From positions 284,367 through 348,366 of the forward strand of contig CAVQFA010000003.1 in NCBI GenBank assembly GCA_963711735.1: 64,000 nucleotides of DNA. The letters run 5' to 3'. Below, one piece after another: positions 58,167-64,000 of the stretch. The notes beneath the pieces are model-generated. The model did not search any database. It had not been told where the DNA came from and saw nothing but the letters and a program-made list of their open reading frames with translations. Numbering within the stretch: the first letter of the stretch is position 1; the number at the start of each line of letters is the position of its first letter. The position numbers were made by a program, and so were the translations under genes. The DNA comes from Candidatus Gottesmanbacteria bacterium (GTDB lineage: Bacteria > Patescibacteriota > Microgenomatia > UBA10105 > UBA927).

Positions 58167-58193
58167 GCTGCTTCGGAAACGGAGCAGTTTTTT
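58167..58193 (+). terminator. Terminator-like hairpin in fusA leader
   Basis: GCTGCTTCG-GAAA-CGGAGCAGT followed by a T run. Confidence 0.65.
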
Positions 58194-58265
58194 GTTGTTG
58201 CATAAAATTGTGCATGATTGATCGGGATTACTTTGAAATCATTTCGCAATGTATGCAAAGAAACT

Positions 58266-60371
58266 ATGGCATCACAACAAACACAAATTACGCTGAACCG
58301 CGATGTTCCTCTTGAAAAAGTCAGAAACATCGGTATTATCGCGCATATCGATGCCGGGAAAACCACAACAACGGAACGGATTCTCTATTATACCGGTCGT
58401 TCATACAAGATCGGAGATATTGATGAAGGAACAACGGTCATGGACTGGATGGATCAGGAGAGGGAACGGGGCATCACGATAGTGTCCGCAGCGACTACAA
58501 CATTCTGGAAAGGATTTCGTTTCAATATCATAGATACTCCCGGACATGTAGATTTTACTGCAGAAGTGGAGCGGTCTTTGCGGGTCCTTGACGGCGGCAT
58601 TACGGTACTGGATGCTGAGGAGGGTGTGCAATCCCAATCAGAAACAGTCTGGCACCAGGCGGATAAATATAAAGTTCCGCGAATATGTTTCATCAATAAA
58701 ATGGATAAAATCGGAGCGGATTTCCGGGCTACTATCCATTCCATAGAAGAACGGCTTGGGGCACGGACTGCCGTCATGGTTGTTCCGATAGGGGCGGAAC
58801 ATGAATTTAAAGGAGTTATTGATCTTCTGTCCAAAAAAGCATATATCTGGGGGAGTGATGAACTGGGTGCCAAATTTGACGTTACGGACGATATTCCGGA
58901 AAAACTAAAAGCTGAAGTAGAAAAATCACGACATGATCTCATAGAAAGGATATCCGAAACGGATGATGTTCTGATAGAAAAGTACCTCAACGGGCAGGAG
59001 CCCACAGTTGATGAGCTTAAAAAAGCACTTCGCGCAGCCGTTATTGCATATAAATTAGTTCCGATATATGCAGGATCAAGCCTTCGGAATAAAGGGGTTC
59101 AGCCGGTACTCGATGCGGTTATTGATTATCTTCCGTCTCCTTTGGATTTACCTCCTGTTGAAGGTATTCATCCCAAAACAAAGGAAAAGTTACAGAGAAA
59201 ACGTATTGTTACGGATGCGTTTTCAGGCCTGGCTTTCAAAATTCAAATTGATCCGCATGTCGGGAAACTTACATATGTCCGCATATATTCAGGTAAACTG
59301 GAATCCGGTTCGTATGTGTACAATTCTACTAAGGATAAACAGGAACGCATCGGAAGACTTCTTCTCATGCATGCCAATCAGCGTGAAGAAATCAAAGAAG
59401 CGTATGCAGGAGAAATTGTTGCAGTTGTTGGTTTCAAAGATACAACTACGGGCGATACCATCTGTGATAATGATCATCCGATTGTTCTTGAGCAAATATC
59501 ATTTCCTGATCCTGTTATTTCCCTTGCTATTGAACCGAAAACGAAAAATGATCAGGAGAAAATGGGATTTGCCCTTCAGCGTCTGGCGGAAGAAGATCCG
59601 ACGTTCAAAATTCGCTCAAATCAGGAGACAAATCAAACAATCATTTGGGGAATGGGAGAGCTTCATTTGGACATTATTGTTGACCGGATGCAACGTGAGT
59701 TTAAAGTAGAAGCCAACGTCGGTGCTCCCCAGGTTGCGTACAAAGAAACAATAAAAACTCCCGCTGAAGGTGAAGGTAAATATATACGTCAGACCGGTGG
59801 CCGTGGGCAATACGGTCATTGTTTGATAAAAATTGAACCTAAAGGCAGAGGTGAAGGATTTGAATTTATTGATGCGATCAAAGGCGGCGCAATTCCGAAC
59901 GAATATAAAGCTCCCATCGAAAAAGGCATAAAAGAAGCTATGGAAAACGGTGTTCTTGCCGGATACCCGATCGTAGATATGGAAGTGACTCTTTACGACG
60001 GTACGTATCATGAGGTGGATAGCTCAGAGATTGCATTTAAAATCGCCGGAAGCATGGCACTGCAGGATGCAGTAAAAAAAGCGTCACCGATACTTCTGGA
60101 ACCGATTATGAAAGTAGAGGTTACGACACCTGATGAATATATGGGTGATGTGATCGGAGATCTCGGCGCGAAACGTTCTCAGATCATGGGAACACAAAAA
60201 CGCGGGACTGTTACCATCATTTTAGCGATGGTTCCGCTCGCTGAACTGTCCGGATATGCCACAACGCTGCGGAGCATGTCCAAAGGAAGAGCAACATACT
60301 ATATGGAACCGTCACATTATGAAGAAGTACCGAAAAATATTGCAGAAAAGATCATTGCACAAAAAGTATAA
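58266..60371 (+). CDS. fusA: Elongation factor G
   Basis: [23 protein letters not shown]; start at ATG 58266. Confidence 0.99.
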   Translation: MASQQTQITLNRDVPLEKVRNIGIIAHIDAGKTTTTERILYYTGRSYKIGDIDEGTTVMDWMDQERERGITIVSAATTTFWKGFRFNIIDTPGHVDFTAEVERSLRVLDGGITVLDAEEGVQSQSETVWHQADKYKVPRICFINKMDKIGADFRATIHSIEERLGARTAVMVVPIGAEHEFKGVIDLLSKKAYIWGSDELGAKFDVTDDIPEKLKAEVEKSRHDLIERISETDDVLIEKYLNGQEPTVDELKKALRAAVIAYKLVPIYAGSSLRNKGVQPVLDAVIDYLPSPLDLPPVEGIHPKTKEKLQRKRIVTDAFSGLAFKIQIDPHVGKLTYVRIYSGKLESGSYVYNSTKDKQERIGRLLLMHANQREEIKEAYAGEIVAVVGFKDTTTGDTICDNDHPIVLEQISFPDPVISLAIEPKTKNDQEKMGFALQRLAEEDPTFKIRSNQETNQTIIWGMGELHLDIIVDRMQREFKVEANVGAPQVAYKETIKTPAEGEGKYIRQTGGRGQYGHCLIKIEPKGRGEGFEFIDAIKGGAIPNEYKAPIEKGIKEAMENGVLAGYPIVDMEVTLYDGTYHEVDSSEIAFKIAGSMALQDAVKKASPILLEPIMKVEVTTPDEYMGDVIGDLGAKRSQIMGTQKRGTVTIILAMVPLAELSGYATTLRSMSKGRATYYMEPSHYEEVPKNIAEKIIAQKV

Positions 60372-60512
60372 GCTATGTTAGAATGCTGTCACAGCAGCTG
60401 AGAAATTCAGTTGTGTTTTTCAGTTGGCAGTAAGGTATAAGTCAGATGGATTTTGTTTTCCGATTTTCGTAAAAGTTGATAAAATCGTGAAGACACTTCC
60501 AGAAAGGAATAT

Positions 60513-61700
60513 ATGGCGGAACAGCAAAAGTTTAAAAGAACTAAAACCCATTTAAACATTGGGACAATTGGTCATGTGGATCACGGAAAAACGACATTAA
60601 CTTCAGCAATAACTCACGTTCTTGCAAAAGCAGGATTGGCAAAAGCTTTGAAATACGAAGAAATTGACAATGCTCCTGAGGAAAAAGCCCGCGGTGTGAC
60701 GATAAACATTCATCACTCTGAATACGAAACAGCGAAACGTCATTATGCGCACATCGATGCACCAGGACACGCTGATTATATCAAAAACATGATTACAGGA
60801 GCTGCCCAGATGGACGGCGCCATTTTGGTGGTATCAGCACCGGACGGTCCGATGCCGCAAACAAGAGAGCACATTCTTCTTGCGAAACAAGTGAACGTAC
60901 CGGCAATAGTCGTATTTATGAATAAATGCGATATGGTGCAGGACAAAGAGCTTCTTGATCTTGTTGAAATGGAAGTTCGTGAACTGTTAACCAAATATAA
61001 ATTTCCGGGCGATAAAGTTCCCGTTATCAGGGGGAGCGCACTGAAAGCACTTCAGGGTGATCCGGAAGCAGAAAAAATGATACAGAAACTGATGGATACG
61101 ATCGACACATACGTACCGGATCCGGTGCGTGAACTCGAGAAACCGTTCCTCATGCCTGTAGAAGACGTGTTTTCTATCAAAGGCCGGGGAACAGTTGTAA
61201 CCGGTAGGGTTGAGAGGGGAAAAGTGAAAGTAAATGAGACAGTTGAACTTGTTGGTATACGGGCGACGCAATCAACGGTGGTTACGGGTGTCGAAATGTT
61301 CCGGAAGCTTCTAGACGAAGGTATGGCTGGTGATAATATAGGCCTCTTGCTCCGTGGGATTGAAAAAAATCAGGTAGAGCGGGGACAGGTTGTAGCAGCA
61401 CCGGGGTCAGTGAAGCCTCATACGGAATTTGAAGCAGAGATATACATTTTAGCAAAGGAGGAAGGTGGACGACATACGCCGTTTTTCAGTGGGTATCGTC
61501 CGCAATTCTATATCCGAACAACTGATGTAACCGGAGAAGTAACACTTCCGGCTGGTGTAGAAATGGTTATGCCGGGAGACAGTACAAAAATGACTGCTAA
61601 GTTGATTGTGCCGGTTGCCCTTGAAGAAGGAGTACGGTTTGCTATCCGTGAGGGTGGTCATACAGTCGGAGCAGGAGTAATTACAAAAATTATTGCGTAA
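60513..61700 (+). CDS. tuf: Elongation factor Tu
   Basis: [21 protein letters not shown]; SD AAAGGA. Confidence 0.99.
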   Translation: MAEQQKFKRTKTHLNIGTIGHVDHGKTTLTSAITHVLAKAGLAKALKYEEIDNAPEEKARGVTINIHHSEYETAKRHYAHIDAPGHADYIKNMITGAAQMDGAILVVSAPDGPMPQTREHILLAKQVNVPAIVVFMNKCDMVQDKELLDLVEMEVRELLTKYKFPGDKVPVIRGSALKALQGDPEAEKMIQKLMDTIDTYVPDPVRELEKPFLMPVEDVFSIKGRGTVVTGRVERGKVKVNETVELVGIRATQSTVVTGVEMFRKLLDEGMAGDNIGLLLRGIEKNQVERGQVVAAPGSVKPHTEFEAEIYILAKEEGGRHTPFFSGYRPQFYIRTTDVTGEVTLPAGVEMVMPGDSTKMTAKLIVPVALEEGVRFAIREGGHTVGAGVITKIIA

Positions 61701-61755
61701 TAAGATTGCCTACCAAACCAATCGTAAACATATCTATTACGGTTGATCAAACATA

Positions 61756-62064
61756 ATGCCGAAAGGAAGAATTCGTGTTCGTTTAAAAGCGTACGACAGC
61801 AGAATTTTAGATGATTGCTGTCAGAAAATATTGGATGTTGCCGTTAGAACCGGTGCGAAGGTTGTGGGACCGGTACCTTTGCCCACAGACAGAGAGCATT
61901 ATAACGTAGCCAGAAGTACGTTCATTGACCGCAACAGCAGAGAAGATTTTATCATTAAGACTCACAAACGTCTTATAGATATTATCGAACCGACCGATAA
62001 GACGATCGATCAACTCATGCATCTGGATTTACCGGCAGGTGTTGATGTTGAATTAAAAATGTAA
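61756..62064 (+). CDS. rpsJ: 30S ribosomal protein S10
   Basis: RIRVRLKAYD, GPVPLPT, HKRLIDI. Confidence 0.98.
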   Translation: MPKGRIRVRLKAYDSRILDDCCQKILDVAVRTGAKVVGPVPLPTDREHYNVARSTFIDRNSREDFIIKTHKRLIDIIEPTDKTIDQLMHLDLPAGVDVELKM

Positions 62065-62087
62065 CTATACGATAAGGGGATCTATAC

Positions 62088-62116
62088 TTGTCGTTTAAGA
62101 GATACTTTGGTATACT
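62088..62116 (+). promoter_or_regulatory. Internal promoter between rpsJ and rplC
   Basis: TTGTCG-N17-TATACT with TG at the extended -10 position. Confidence 0.65.
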
Positions 62117-62192
62117 ACACGGTTACAAAGGTATGGAGAAAAAGACTTCATATTTGTAAAACGGTATACCAAAAGTCTCGATTGAGATTCTC

Positions 62193-62219
62193 ACGACCTC
62201 AAATCGAGGTCGTTTTTTT
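62193..62219 (+). terminator. Terminator-like hairpin immediately before rplC
   Basis: ACGACCTC-AAATC-GAGGTCGT-TTTTTT, 5 nt before the ATG. Confidence 0.65.
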
Positions 62220-62224
62220 GTTCT

Positions 62225-62848
62225 ATGCTTACTACCATACTTGGAAATAAAAACAGTCAGGAACAGGCATACACTCCGGAAGGAAAACGGATTGTTGTAA
62301 CGCGCCTTACGGTTGGACCGTGTTATATTACGTCCGTATCGGATGCTCCCAATGGGCGTCAGGTTCAATTGGGTTTCGGAAAACTTCATCATCCGAATAA
62401 AGCTATCCTCGGACACCTGAAAAAGGCCGGACTGGAAGATAAAAAACTGCACCACTTTCATTCTACGACGATTGACGCATCAGATGAGACCATCAAATTA
62501 GGTCAGGAAATCCGGGTGGAAAATCTTTTTCAGGTAAAGGATACGGTGACCATAGTTGGTACGAGTAAAGGAAAAGGATTTGCCGGAGTTGTTAAACGTC
62601 ATAATTTCAAAGGCGGCCCGCGGACCCATGGTCAATCAGACAGAGAGCGTTCACCCGGATCTATCGGACAGACGACTACCCCGGGTCGCGTCTACCGGGG
62701 GAAAAGAATGGCAGGACGTATGGGTGGTGAGAGAGTGACTGTGCATGGTTTACAGGTTGTAGACATTGATCCTAAAACAAACAGTATGACCGTACGTGGT
62801 TTGGTACCGGGAGGTACCAACGGACTATTAGTTATAACGAAGGAATAA
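62225..62848 (+). CDS. rplC: 50S ribosomal protein L3
   Basis: GKGFAGVVKR, PGSIG, GKRMAGRMG. Confidence 0.98.
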   Translation: MLTTILGNKNSQEQAYTPEGKRIVVTRLTVGPCYITSVSDAPNGRQVQLGFGKLHHPNKAILGHLKKAGLEDKKLHHFHSTTIDASDETIKLGQEIRVENLFQVKDTVTIVGTSKGKGFAGVVKRHNFKGGPRTHGQSDRERSPGSIGQTTTPGRVYRGKRMAGRMGGERVTVHGLQVVDIDPKTNSMTVRGLVPGGTNGLLVITKE

Positions 62849-62852
62849 CACT

Positions 62853-63596
62853 ATGCCAACAAAAAGAATTCCAAAAAAGGAAGTAAAAAATAAACGTACC
62901 ATCAGTTCTGTACGCCGCAAGGCGGTTTCAGAGAACGCCGCACCCGTTAAAAAGCCCGCAGTGACAAAAAAACGTACACAAACTACCGCGGTCATTCCGA
63001 AAAAGAAAACTGAATCTTCCGATTTGCCAAAGTCTCTGTTTCAGGTTGAAGTAAAAAATGCAGTACTTACCCAGGCAGTACGCATGTATCTTGCCAACCA
63101 ACGTTTTGGCCAGGCATCTACGAAAACCCGCGGGCAAGTAGAAGGATCAACGAGAAAAGTTTATAAGCAAAAGGGAACCGGACGTGCTCGTCACGGTTCA
63201 ATCCGGGCACCGATATATGTCGGGGGCGGTATCGTATTTGGTCCAAAAACGCGTGATTACAGTATGAAAATGCCGCAATCCATGCGGCACGCCGCCATTC
63301 GTATGGCACTGAGCGTTAAATATTCTGAAGGAAATATTATAGTTACGGATAAGTTTGAAAAAATGGAGCCAAAAACAAAAGTAATGGCTTCATATCTTAA
63401 ACAACTTGCGGGTGACGGAAAGATGCTTATTGTCTGCGGAGACATGAAGCAAGAATATATCCGCGGACTTCGGAATATCAACCGGGTAACTCTCCTTCAG
63501 GCATCTTCTCTTAATACATACGAAATATTATCACACAAAAAAATTATCATAGAAAAAAAGGCACTACCGGTATTAGAAACAGTATTTGCAAAATAA
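62853..63596 (+). CDS. rplD: 50S ribosomal protein L4 with basic N-terminal extension
   Basis: KQKGTGRARHG, GGGIVFGP. Confidence 0.97.
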   Translation: MPTKRIPKKEVKNKRTISSVRRKAVSENAAPVKKPAVTKKRTQTTAVIPKKKTESSDLPKSLFQVEVKNAVLTQAVRMYLANQRFGQASTKTRGQVEGSTRKVYKQKGTGRARHGSIRAPIYVGGGIVFGPKTRDYSMKMPQSMRHAAIRMALSVKYSEGNIIVTDKFEKMEPKTKVMASYLKQLAGDGKMLIVCGDMKQEYIRGLRNINRVTLLQASSLNTYEILSHKKIIIEKKALPVLETVFAK

Positions 63597-63597
63597 T

Positions 63598-63909
63598 ATG
63601 AATAACACGCTTATCAAGCCTATTGTGACAGAAAAAAGTATGAATTTAGCCGTGCTCGGTATGTTTACCTTCAGGGCAAACGTATCAGCAGATAAAACAC
63701 ATATCGCTCAGGAGATCCATACGCTGTACGGGGTTACCGTAAAGGAAGTCCGCACGATGAAAATGCACGGTAAGGTCCGCCGTTCAGGCAGACGCGCTCT
63801 TCCGCACACGCTCCCGGATTGGAAAAAAGTTATTGTGCGCTTATCAAAGGGTCAGACAATCGATGCATTTACGTTAAAAACTGAAAAGAACGAAGAAAAA
63901 GGTAAATAA
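63598..63909 (+). CDS. rplW: 50S ribosomal protein L23
   Basis: PIVTEKS, WKKVIVRL. Confidence 0.95.
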   Translation: MNNTLIKPIVTEKSMNLAVLGMFTFRANVSADKTHIAQEIHTLYGVTVKEVRTMKMHGKVRRSGRRALPHTLPDWKKVIVRLSKGQTIDAFTLKTEKNEEKGK

Positions 63910-63917
63910 AAACACAT

Positions 63918-64000
63918 ATGAATACTGACAGACTCAAACGGCTCAAAAGTATACTCCCGAAAAACTCAGGGAGAGACGAAAAAGGACATGTATCCGTTCG
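63918..64000 (+). CDS. rplB: 50S ribosomal protein L2, 5' fragment
   Basis: MNTDRLKRLKSILPKNSGRDEKGHVSVR matches the GRN..G.ITVR region; follows rplW. Confidence 0.85.
   Translation, partial: MNTDRLKRLKSILPKNSGRDEKGHVSV

Noticed and set aside
1-64000. Alternative genetic code (TGA=Gly), RNA genes, and the many short antisense ORFs
   Set aside because: Conserved genes are intact under code 11 and some end in TGA; no tRNA or rRNA-like sequence was recognised in the short intergenic gaps; the antisense ORFs lie within well-supported genes.

Overview
Chromosomal window from a CPR/Patescibacteria genome, most likely Microgenomates. This is inferred from the short AlaRS, the N-terminally truncated L2, the RNA polymerase signatures, a sortase, and CPR-type surface proteins. 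Standard code 11. No rRNA, tRNA, CRISPR array, transposase or prophage was seen. Left to right: (1) a divergent DRE-TIM (LeuA/homocitrate-synthase-like) gene running off the left edge and absent from the ORF track, a divergent YrdC/TsaC-fold gene, a cytoplasmic GAF histidine kinase and a stand-alone receiver, all directly ahead of a type IV pilus cluster (pilB, pilC, pilM-pilN fusion, pilO-like, pilin); (2) envelope and surface genes: uppP, MFS, flavodoxin, PsbP-like and cupredoxin-like proteins, GT-C, two class A PBPs, PP2C-like, gapN, PEGA-SH3, UbiA/DPPR synthase, WecA-like, GT-C and GT2s; (3) tatD, metG, rmuC, alaS with a +1 frameshift, an FtsA-like/baseplate-J-like membrane protein, sortase, AMP/thymidine phosphorylase, mltG; (4) rpoB-rpoC-rpsL-rpsG, a six-gene insert splitting the str operon, then fusA-tuf-rpsJ-rplC-rplD-rplW-rplB. 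Best candidate for an undescribed system: the two repurposed enzymes coupled to the GAF kinase/receiver and pilus genes, which may be a small-molecule signal synthase-sensor circuit (hypothesis). Also notable: RNAP substitutions at normally near-invariant sites, terminator-like hairpins in the leaders of core operons, and many genes with a -10 box just before the start codon. All family assignments are by motif recognition, with no database search.
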